Origin: a virus
Lineage: Duplodnaviria; Caudoviricetes
Length of the DNA: 37,075 bases
Reading direction: 5' to 3' (one strand)
Virus record (IMG/VR): IMGVR_UViG_3300030101_002605
Location: 1-37,075 of that record
Shown here piece after piece: positions 28,775 through 36,657 of the stretch; positions within the stretch are counted from its first letter, which is position 1, and every line of letters begins with the position of its first letter. The notes below the pieces were generated by a model. That model was not told where the DNA came from. It saw only the letters and a program-made list of their open reading frames with translations, and did not search any database. The translations under genes and the position numbers were made by a program.

Positions 28775-29128
28775 TTATTGTTGCACCTCTTGAAATCCAA
28801 CCATTGCAACCTTGTATGTCTTGTCGTTGAAGATCATATGATCGCCCATTGATGTTGATCGATGCCCCCATTCTTTCCCATCGATAACCTCAAGAGGCTC
28901 AACTACTTTTACAAAGCTGTTATAGTCTCCATTCTCTTGACCATCATCGAACTCTTTTTTCTTGATAGACCAACTACCATTGACGTTGTTAGTCCATCGG
29001 TATGCATACTCCAGAGCCTCGATTGGATCAGTGTCGGTTGGAACTAAAACAGTCGCAACGAACTGGTCTTTGTCATCTGCAAATCTTGCCTTGTGGATCA
29101 CCTTAATTTCTGAAACTTCAATACCCAT
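28775..29128 (-). CDS. Conserved hypothetical early protein
   Basis: LEYAYRWTNN..GSWS...RSTSMGD......Y.VA.VGF; AAGGAGTG RBS. Confidence 0.8.
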   Translation of the reverse strand: MGIEVSEIKVIHKARFADDKDQFVATVLVPTDTDPIEALEYAYRWTNNVNGSWSIKKKEFDDGQENGDYNSFVKVVEPLEVIDGKEWGHRSTSMGDHMIFNDKTYKVAMVGFQEVQQ

Positions 29129-29441
29129 TTTTCACTCCTTGTTTTTATGGTTAATTCTAAAAGAGATGCAGAACTATTTCTGCACCTCTCGTAAAACTAG
29201 TCTTGTCGTTGTGGCATCCCTCTAATCACATTGTGGCTTTTGTGGGTTATAGGTGGGGAAGTGTTTCATCTAGTTGCCTGTTCATGCCGATGTATCAAAT
29301 CACTATCTAGTACTCTTATCCGTTGGTCTTGCCTAGGGTCATTGGGTCACAGGTGTTCTAGCTACCTTGGGTTCTTGCGATATCTGGGTCGTATATGTCT
29401 CCTTGCGAATCAGTTGGACAGGGCAATGCCCCTTACCCACC

Positions 29442-29469
29442 AAGTTAGCGATTTTGACAGGTATGTCAA
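29442..29469 (-). promoter_or_regulatory. Putative early leftward promoter
   Basis: Minus strand TTGACA-N16-TAACTT; the -35 lies inside two overlapping inverted repeats. Confidence 0.55.
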
Positions 29470-29510
29470 ATAAATTATTTGGCATAGCTAATTCATTGAT
29501 ACCTTTGAAG

Positions 29511-29530
29511 AAAAGTTATCTCTAACTTTT
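29511..29530. repeat. Palindromic box upstream of the early promoter
   Basis: AAAAGTT-ATCTCT-AACTTTT. Confidence 0.85.
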
Positions 29531-29639
29531 TTGGGTCTTTTTTGTGCGTATATAATAGAGAGACCTTTTTTAACTGATGCAGATAATCTTTACCTTGCGT
29601 CAACTTTTGTACCCTGTTTGTTCTGGTTTTAGCGAAAAT

Positions 29640-29719
29640 TAAGTCATTGATTTTATTGACTTTTTTTTTAGCAAAATGTCGAAAAGTACAGAAAGTGAAC
29701 TGCTAAGTCATTGATTTTA
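29640..29719 (-). promoter_or_regulatory. Two IHF-consensus sites (16-bp direct repeat)
   Basis: TAAGTCATTGATTTTA at 29640 and 29704; the reverse complement contains AATCAA-TGAC-TTA, matching WATCAA-N4-TTR, with adjacent A-tracts. Confidence 0.65.
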
Positions 29720-29846
29720 AAGGATTTTTTTTTTGAACCAAAAAAGCTAAAATGGACGATAAGCGTCACTGAGTGGGTGTTAGCCGATTTCGTGACCCAG
29801 AACACCTAAAACGATATAAAGGCTCTGTATGACGCTTAAAACTATG

Positions 29847-29908
29847 TTGCCCTTTTGTTCTTTTAAGTGCTATATAGGACTATTACAGAAAAGTTATCGC
29901 TCACTTTT
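29847..29908 (+). promoter_or_regulatory. Putative terS promoter with downstream palindromic box
   Basis: TTGCCC-N18-TATATA with extended TG; AAAAGTT-ATCGCT-CACTTTT (29889-29908) abuts the RBS GAGGAG. Confidence 0.55.
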
Positions 29909-29925
29909 TGAGGAGATTTGAGACC

Positions 29926-30423
29926 ATGACAGACCGAAAAAAACCCAAATTAAAGCTCGTAAAAGGCAAGGCAAAACCTCGGCACCGACTGACTGCTAAG
30001 CAGTCTAAATTCATTGATTGTGTCCTAGGCATAGGAGTAAAGAACCCTATGACCCTGAGTGATGCCTACAAAGCCTCTTATGATTGTAAATCATTCAGTG
30101 ATGCGAATATCCGAAAAGAGGCTCACCTCTTATTCCGATCCCCCAACATTACCCCAACTTATGAGGACAGGAAATTGCAGATAGAGGAACGTCATCGGAC
30201 GCAGTCGCTCAATCGATCACACCAAATAATTACAGGTCTGGAACGAGAGGCTAACGACTTTGAGCATGGCAGTCCAACAAGCCGAGTCCGAGCCTTAGAG
30301 CTACTGGGCAAGCTTAAGGATGTTAGGCTCTTTAGTTCTGATATCTCAGTCGAGGACTCCAGATCATCTGATCAAATCAAAGAGGAACTAGAGAAAAAGC
30401 TTAAGACACTACTAGGAGAGTAA
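29926..30423 (+). CDS. terS: Terminase small subunit
   Basis: LTAKQSKF...SDAYKASY...EAHLL...I and SRVRALELLGK motifs; upstream of terL; ATG 29926 follows GAGGAG. Confidence 0.75.
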   Translation: MTDRKKPKLKLVKGKAKPRHRLTAKQSKFIDCVLGIGVKNPMTLSDAYKASYDCKSFSDANIRKEAHLLFRSPNITPTYEDRKLQIEERHRTQSLNRSHQIITGLEREANDFEHGSPTSRVRALELLGKLKDVRLFSSDISVEDSRSSDQIKEELEKKLKTLLGE

Positions 30424-30657
30424 CCCCACCTACCCCCACCCCCCTATGACAAGCCACCTAGCTAGACACGAGTATATATAGTAATCTGCACATAGAATCA
30501 TATGGATTTCATAAAACGGTTCAAAGTCAATGAGTGGGTCATCTTTAGTGTCCTATTTTCGTATATTATGGAAAGGCTTATAGAAGGCGATACAGAGGGT
30601 TTAATGGTTTGGTGGTACTTGGTGTTATATTTAGGTTCACTGCCTACTGAGTAACGC

Positions 30658-30888
30658 TTATTTCTTGGCTATGAGGCTATCTAGCTTCTGTTCTAGACGT
30701 AATAAGTGTTCGACAACTTTTTCTATGTCATCTTTGTGATCATTCTTGTGTACATATTGTTCTCTGGTTTTGTTGAGAAGTATCTGAACTCTTTTGAGTT
30801 CATCACTTTGGGATTTGATATACCACGCTATTGGTGCTACTATCACCGTGAGCAGTATGTTCCATATTGTTGCAAGTTCTAATACCAA
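30658..30888 (-). CDS. Small membrane-anchored coiled-coil protein
   Basis: WNILLT...PIAWYI TM segment, then ILLNKTRE.YV.K and LEQKLD. Confidence 0.75.
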   Translation of the reverse strand: MVLELATIWNILLTVIVAPIAWYIKSQSDELKRVQILLNKTREQYVHKNDHKDDIEKVVEHLLRLEQKLDSLIAKK

Positions 30889-30960
30889 GGTATACCTATA
30901 AATTACTATGTAATTTTAACGATATACCTAAAAAGGTATACCTTATTATACAGGTATACC
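30888..30960. repeat. Cluster of AGGTATACC(T) palindromes
   Basis: Copies at 30888, 30934 and 30952, with a degenerate copy at 30921. Confidence 0.75.
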
Positions 30961-30987
30961 GAATAAAGGAGAGGATGTAAAGAGAAA

Positions 30988-31194
30988 ATGAGTGAATATA
31001 GAAGATATCATGCATCTAAGAAAATGAAGCAGGAACGGGCTTTGAGAAATAAAAACCGTAGAGCTGCTTTAAAAAAAGGAACAGTGAAGAAAGGCGATAA
31101 GAAACACATAGACCACAGGGATGGTAACCCTCGGAACAATAGAAAAACAAACCTAAGAGTTGTATCTGCCAGAAGAAACAGAAAAAAACAGTGA
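30988..31194 (+). CDS. Small HNH endonuclease-like protein
   Basis: GDKKHIDHRDGNPRNN...NLRV.....NR; adjacent to terL. Confidence 0.85.
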   Translation: MSEYRRYHASKKMKQERALRNKNRRAALKKGTVKKGDKKHIDHRDGNPRNNRKTNLRVVSARRNRKKQ

Positions 31195-32702
31195 ACATTC
31201 AATCAAAAGATATAAAAGATAAGATCGCTCTTCTTCCTATAGACCAACAAAAGGAGATGCTAAAGCTTTTAGAAGAATACGAAATAGCAAAACAAAAAGA
31301 TACAGCTAAGACAGACTTCCTGTCCTTTGTTCGTATGATGTGGTCGAGCTTTATCGGAGGTGAACATCACGAGATCATGGCTGATGCTTTTGAGAGAGTG
31401 GCTCGTGGTGAGCTAAAAAGACTGATAATCAATATGCCACCCCGTCATACCAAGTCAGAATTTGCATCGTATCTTTTTCCTGCTTGGTTTTTGGGGCAGT
31501 ATCCAGATAAGAAGGTGATCCAAACAGCCCACACTGCTGAGTTGGCAGTGGGCTTTGGTAGAAAAGTGCGTAACCTCATACAGTCAAAAGACTTTCAGAA
31601 TGTTTTTAGTGGCATTGAACTGTCTACAGACAGTAAAGCCGCAGGAAGATGGAACACAAACAAGCGTGGCGATTACTTTGCGATAGGTGTTGGTGGTGCT
31701 GTAACAGGTAAAGGTGCTGATATTCTGATAATTGATGACCCCCACTCGGAGCAGGAGGCACAATTAGGACAGTACAACCCTGATGTCTACGACAAAGTGT
31801 ACGAATGGTACACATCAGGACCTCGTCAGCGTCTACAACCAGGAGGTGCCATCATACTTGTGATGACCAGATGGTCAAAAAGAGACCTAACAGGGCAAAT
31901 TATCAAGAGTATGTCAGAAAGAGAGGGTGCAGATGAGTGGGAAGTGATAGAATTACCTGCAATTTTACCTTCTGGTAACGCATTATGGGGTGAATTTTGG
32001 AGTTTAGAGGAGTTAGAGAGCCTAAAAGCTGAATTACCTGTCGCAAAATGGAACGCACAGTACCAACAAGACCCCACATCCGAGGAAGGAGCGTTAATTA
32101 AGCGTGAATGGTGGCAGGAGTGGGAAGAAAACGAGCTACCACCCTGTGAATGCATCATACAATCATGGGATACAGCGTTTTTAAAGACAGAAAGAAGCGA
32201 TTATAGTGCCTGCACCACATGGGGAGTGTTCTATCACCACAAAGATGTCGATCAAAACCGACCCCACCTCATCCTACTGGACGCATTTAAGGAAAAGCTA
32301 GAATTTCCAGAGCTAAAAAGAGCAGCATACGATAAATATTGGGAATGGGAGCCTGATCAGATGATTATAGAGGCAAAAGCATCGGGTGCGCCGCTTGTTT
32401 TTGAGCTTAGAGCTATGGGCATACCTGTTACAGAGTTTACCCCCACTAGGGGTAACGATAAAATTGCCAGAGTAAACGCAGTTACTGACTTGTTTTCTAG
32501 TGGCAGTGTGTGGTATTATTCAGCTAGATGGTCGGATGAGGTTATCGAAGAATGTGCATCTTTTCCATCTGGTGAGCATGATGATTTAGTTGACAGCACT
32601 ACACAGGCACTGTTAAGATTTCGTCAAGGTGGATGGGTTCGTGCCGAAAGAGACGACTGGGATGACGAGCCAAAATACAGGAGACCAGTAGAATACTACT
32701 AA
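31191..32702 (+). CDS. terL: Terminase large subunit
   Basis: NMPPRHTKS, IIDDPH, VMTRW, QYQQDP, QSWDTAF, IEAKASG, HDDLVDS. Confidence 0.96.
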   Translation: MNIQSKDIKDKIALLPIDQQKEMLKLLEEYEIAKQKDTAKTDFLSFVRMMWSSFIGGEHHEIMADAFERVARGELKRLIINMPPRHTKSEFASYLFPAWFLGQYPDKKVIQTAHTAELAVGFGRKVRNLIQSKDFQNVFSGIELSTDSKAAGRWNTNKRGDYFAIGVGGAVTGKGADILIIDDPHSEQEAQLGQYNPDVYDKVYEWYTSGPRQRLQPGGAIILVMTRWSKRDLTGQIIKSMSEREGADEWEVIELPAILPSGNALWGEFWSLEELESLKAELPVAKWNAQYQQDPTSEEGALIKREWWQEWEENELPPCECIIQSWDTAFLKTERSDYSACTTWGVFYHHKDVDQNRPHLILLDAFKEKLEFPELKRAAYDKYWEWEPDQMIIEAKASGAPLVFELRAMGIPVTEFTPTRGNDKIARVNAVTDLFSSGSVWYYSARWSDEVIEECASFPSGEHDDLVDSTTQALLRFRQGGWVRAERDDWDDEPKYRRPVEYY

Positions 32703-32711
32703 GGAGCAGTT

Positions 32712-33635
32712 ATGGCAGACGAAAAGAAAAAGAAAGACGGTGTGACCTTTAAGCAAAGAGTTGAAAGGTCTATGGGTACAGATTTTGGTAAAAAGAAAGC
32801 CAAAAAAATTCTTGAAAAAGACAAAGCAAAAGGAAATGATCCTAATAGGATAGTTGCTTTTCCACCAAAGAGAGGACCTGGCTTACCGAAGCAAGGAGTG
32901 TCCACTGCTCCCCCAAAGCCTAAAAAACCTAAACAGCCAAACTTAGCAAAGCCTGCAAAACTGGTTAGGAAAGGACCTGCTTTAGGAGCAACACCTAAGA
33001 AAAATATAGGAAAAGGACAAGCAGAAGGAGGAGCTAATCCTTTAAAAGGAAAACCAAGAAGTATAGCTGAAGCCAAAAAGAGAGGCGAGGTTTACTTTTT
33101 TGATAGTAAAGGTGTTAAGAAAATAGCAGCGACTGCAGCAGACTTAAAAAGAACAGGTCTTAGTCTAAAAGAGTATGCTAATAAGTTTGCACCTAAGAAA
33201 CAAACCAAGAAACAAGCCGAAGCATTAAAAGGATTTGCCGCTACAAAGAAAAGAGGCGGTGGCGTTATGAAGAAAAAGGGTGCCAGAGTTGGTGGTGTAA
33301 TGAAAAAGAAAGGTGCCAGAGTAGGCGGAGTAATGAGGAAAAAAACGGCTAGAGTTGGAGGTGTAATGAGGAAGAAGACAGCTAGAGTCGGAGGAGTTAT
33401 GAAAAAGAAAAACATGGCTGCAGGAGGAAGAACCACTATGAAAAAGCAAATGATGCGTGGTGGTGGAATGACAGGCATGAAAAAGAAGATGATGGCTGGC
33501 GGTGGAGCCATGAAGAAAAAAGGCTATGCTATCGGAGGTGCTATGAAGAAAAAAGGCATGAAAAAAGGTGGCAAGGTTATGAAAATGAGAGGTGGAGGTC
33601 TAGCCACTAGAGGCACTAACTTCAGAATCAGATAA
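32712..33635 (+). CDS. Lys/Gly/Met-rich histone-like (putative DNA-condensing) protein
   Basis: 307 aa, very basic; C-terminal MKKKxxxxGG repeats. Confidence 0.75.
   Translation: MADEKKKKDGVTFKQRVERSMGTDFGKKKAKKILEKDKAKGNDPNRIVAFPPKRGPGLPKQGVSTAPPKPKKPKQPNLAKPAKLVRKGPALGATPKKNIGKGQAEGGANPLKGKPRSIAEAKKRGEVYFFDSKGVKKIAATAADLKRTGLSLKEYANKFAPKKQTKKQAEALKGFAATKKRGGGVMKKKGARVGGVMKKKGARVGGVMRKKTARVGGVMRKKTARVGGVMKKKNMAAGGRTTMKKQMMRGGGMTGMKKKMMAGGGAMKKKGYAIGGAMKKKGMKKGGKVMKMRGGGLATRGTNFRIR
33258..33422 (+). repeat. Five tandem 33-bp (11-aa) coding repeats
   Basis: GGVMKKKGARV x2, GGVMRKKTARV x2, GGVMKKKNMAA, with divergent third positions. Confidence 0.9.
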
Positions 33636-36046
33636 TGGCTGTAGATAAAAACCTTGAAAAATTCGAGGTGGATGTAGAAGAAAATCCGTCCGAGTCTGAA
33701 TTAAAAGTAGAAGTGGTAAACCCAGATGCTGTATCTGTGGAAACAGATGATGGTGGAATAGTTGTAGACTTTGAAGGAAGTGCCACCGAAGAACTTATGG
33801 GTGCAGATCATAACTCTAACTTAGCAGAGTTCATAGAAGATAGTGATCTTGATGAAATGGCATCCGATCTTGTTAGCGATTTTGAATCAGATAGAACATC
33901 TAGAAAAGAATGGTCAAGGTCTTATGTGAAGGGTCTTGATCTTCTTGGTATGAAGATAGAAGAACGAACCCAACCTTGGGAAGGAGCTTCAGGAGTTTTT
34001 CATCCCTTACTATCAGAGGCTATTGTTAGGTTTCAGGCTCAGGCAATGGGAGAAATATTTCCTGCGTCAGGACCTGTACGAACAAAAATCGTAGGAAAAC
34101 AAACAAAAGAAAAGAACGAACAGTCAAAGCGTGTAGAGCATGAGATGAACTATATGCTGACGGAAGAAATGACAGAGTATCGTGACGAAACAGAGCAGAT
34201 GCTCTTTCGTTTACCTCTTGCAGGATCAGCATTTAAGAAGGTTTATTACGATCCAATAATGGAAAGACCATGTGCTATGTTTGTTCCTGCTGAAGATTTT
34301 GTAGTTTCTTACGGTGCGTCTGATCTTATGTCGTGTTCACGTTATACCCATGTTATGAAAAAAACAGAAAACCAAGTAAGAGAACTACAGGTCAATGGAT
34401 TTTACAGAGACATAGAACTACCAGAACCAACAAGAGATGAATCAGACATACAAGAGAAGTATGATGAGATGGATGGAAGTGAGTCCGTATATGATGATGA
34501 CGATAGGCATACCATACTAGAGATGCACGTTGATCTGGAAATGCCAGAACCTTTCGAAGATAAAGATGCACTGGCAAGACCATATATAGTTACCATAGAT
34601 AAGTCATCTAGAACGATATTATCGATAAGAAAAAACTGGTATGAAAGCGATGAAAAGAAAACTAAGCGACAGCATTTTATTCATTATAGATATCTTCCTA
34701 GCCTTGGGTTTTATGGTACAGGACTTATTCATCTTATTGGTGGGTTGGCTAAATCGGCAACGTCCATACTGCGTCAGCTTATTGATGCAGGTACGTTATC
34801 GAATCTTCCTGCTGGTCTTAAAGCTCGTGGTCTTAGGATTAAAGGGGATGATTCGCCTCTCATGCCTGGTGAGTTCAGGGATGTCGATGTGCCTGGTGGT
34901 GCGATACGAGATTCCATTACGTTTATACCTTATAAAGAACCATCCTCAGTATTATACCAGTTGTTGGGAAATATTGTGGAAGAGGGAAGACGAATTGGGT
35001 CGGTAGCTGATGTGCAAGTGGGGAACATGAACCCACAGGCTCCTGTTGGTACAACACTAGCCTTGTTAGAGCGATCTATGAAAGTGATGTCTGGGGTGCA
35101 AGCACGACTACACGCCTCTTTGAAAAAAGAACTTCGTATATTAGCTAAGTGTATCCATGACTTCATGCCTCCAGAGTATGCCTATGAAATGGAAGGTGAC
35201 TTCTCAAGAACAGAAGATTTTGATGGAAGAGTGGATGTAATACCAGTATCTGATCCGAATGCCTCCACAATGGCACAACGAGTAACACAATATCAGGCAG
35301 CCCTACAATTAGCCCAACAAGCACCACAGCTATACGATATGGGAAAGCTACATCGACAGATGCTAGAGGTGTTAGGAATAAAAGATGCATCAGATATTAT
35401 CAAACTACCTGACGATATAAAGCCGAATGATCCAGTAACAGAAAACATGGCGATCATGAAGCAAGAACCTGTCAAGGCGTTCAAGTACCAAGACCATGAA
35501 GCGCACATTGCTGTACATACTGCTGCTGCTCAAGATCCAAAGATACAGCAAATCATTGGTCAATCGCCATTTGCGTCTGCTATACAGAATGCCTTGGCAG
35601 CTCACATTACCGAACACGTTGCGTTCCAGTACAGAAAAGAGATAGAAAAGCAGTTAGGTGTGGAAATGCCAGACGAAGAAAAGCCTTTACCAGAGGATGT
35701 AGAAGAAGAATTGTCTAAATTAACGGCAGAAGCTGCAGCCAAAGTGCTGAAAAAGGGTCAGGCAGAGATGGCTCAGGCTGAAGCCATGAAAAAACAGCAA
35801 GACCCACTGACAATTATACAGCAAAAAGAAATAGCTCTAAAAGAAGCTGAGTTTGAGCATAAAAAACAAATGGATATTGCCAAATTACAGACCGATGTGC
35901 AGAAAACTAAGTCAAATGAGAAGATACAGGGTGCTAAACTAGGCATTCAGGTAGCTACAGAGGCTGATAAATCACAGAAAAAGGCTATAAAGGACGGTGT
36001 AGACATAGGATTAAACCTTGCAAGGGATTTAGCCTCTGATGAATGA
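33635..36046 (+). CDS. Portal protein
   Basis: PWEGASGVFHPLL, LPLAGSAFKKVYYD, LRQLIDAGTLSNLP, APVGTTLALLE; follows terL. Confidence 0.92.
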   Translation: MAVDKNLEKFEVDVEENPSESELKVEVVNPDAVSVETDDGGIVVDFEGSATEELMGADHNSNLAEFIEDSDLDEMASDLVSDFESDRTSRKEWSRSYVKGLDLLGMKIEERTQPWEGASGVFHPLLSEAIVRFQAQAMGEIFPASGPVRTKIVGKQTKEKNEQSKRVEHEMNYMLTEEMTEYRDETEQMLFRLPLAGSAFKKVYYDPIMERPCAMFVPAEDFVVSYGASDLMSCSRYTHVMKKTENQVRELQVNGFYRDIELPEPTRDESDIQEKYDEMDGSESVYDDDDRHTILEMHVDLEMPEPFEDKDALARPYIVTIDKSSRTILSIRKNWYESDEKKTKRQHFIHYRYLPSLGFYGTGLIHLIGGLAKSATSILRQLIDAGTLSNLPAGLKARGLRIKGDDSPLMPGEFRDVDVPGGAIRDSITFIPYKEPSSVLYQLLGNIVEEGRRIGSVADVQVGNMNPQAPVGTTLALLERSMKVMSGVQARLHASLKKELRILAKCIHDFMPPEYAYEMEGDFSRTEDFDGRVDVIPVSDPNASTMAQRVTQYQAALQLAQQAPQLYDMGKLHRQMLEVLGIKDASDIIKLPDDIKPNDPVTENMAIMKQEPVKAFKYQDHEAHIAVHTAAAQDPKIQQIIGQSPFASAIQNALAAHITEHVAFQYRKEIEKQLGVEMPDEEKPLPEDVEEELSKLTAEAAAKVLKKGQAEMAQAEAMKKQQDPLTIIQQKEIALKEAEFEHKKQMDIAKLQTDVQKTKSNEKIQGAKLGIQVATEADKSQKKAIKDGVDIGLNLARDLASDE

Positions 36047-36224
36047 CGATTATGGACTGATTTTAAAACGAATCAGTGATCAAAAGACCCAAATACAGGA
36101 ACATTTATGCATGGGAGGTGTAAAAACCTTCGATGAATACACCTCAATGGTCGGTGAATACAGAGGATTGGTAAAAATAGAGCAAGAAATTTTAGACTTG
36201 CAAAAGAAAGCCATTGAGGATTAA
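36039..36224 (+). CDS. Small conserved head-module protein
   Basis: L..GG...FDEY...VGEYRGL pattern between portal and GroES. Confidence 0.75.
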   Translation: MNDDYGLILKRISDQKTQIQEHLCMGGVKTFDEYTSMVGEYRGLVKIEQEILDLQKKAIED

Positions 36225-36285
36225 ATAATCTCAACGTATTTAAACGCAAGGCAACTGTGAGCCTAAATCACTGCATGAGGTAAAA

Positions 36286-36657
36286 ATGTATTCAACTGCA
36301 AAAAAGGAGAGTGACGAAAAAGTTGCTTCTCAAATGCCCAAACCAAAGGGCTATAAACTCCTAATATCCCCAGTACAAGTAGATGAGAAAACCGAAGGTG
36401 GTGTGTATATGCCTGATGCTTTACGAGATGCCGAAGGTATAGCATCAATCATAGGTTTTGTTGTAAAAATGGGAGATGACGCTTATAAGGACGAAAAAAA
36501 GTTTCCTAATGGAGCGTGGTGTAAAGAGGGTGACTTTGTAATATTCCGATCTTACTCTGGCACTCGATTTAAAATTCATAATGAAGAATTTAGGTTAATC
36601 AACGATGACACCGTTGAAGCCGTAGTTGATGACCCAAGAGGATATAAAAGAATATGA
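36286..36657 (+). CDS. groES: Phage co-chaperonin GroES
   Basis: PKGYKLLI...EKTEGGVYMP, VVKMG, EGDFV.F..YSGTRF, RLINDD.VEAVV. Confidence 0.92.
   Translation: MYSTAKKESDEKVASQMPKPKGYKLLISPVQVDEKTEGGVYMPDALRDAEGIASIIGFVVKMGDDAYKDEKKFPNGAWCKEGDFVIFRSYSGTRFKIHNEEFRLINDDTVEAVVDDPRGYKRI

Noticed and set aside
29231-29473. 80-aa + strand ORF
   Set aside because: TTG start, no RBS, atypical composition, and antisense to the likely early leader.
1723-30721. The repeated palindrome as a CRISPR repeat, with the Cas4-like gene as cas
   Set aside because: Copies are kilobases apart with variable centres and no spacer array; stand-alone Cas4-like nucleases are common in phages.
36241-36280. SAM-II/SAM-V riboswitch identity for the groES leader
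   Set aside because: Only AGGC/AACUGU/GCCU resemble it; the core loop and 3' A-rich strand are missing and the gene context is wrong.
409-36448. Numerous antisense or alternate-frame ORFs in the track (e.g. 409-789, 1705-2148, 7610-8065, 25023-25460, 33092-33511)
   Set aside because: They are shadows of well-supported genes and have no motifs or RBS.
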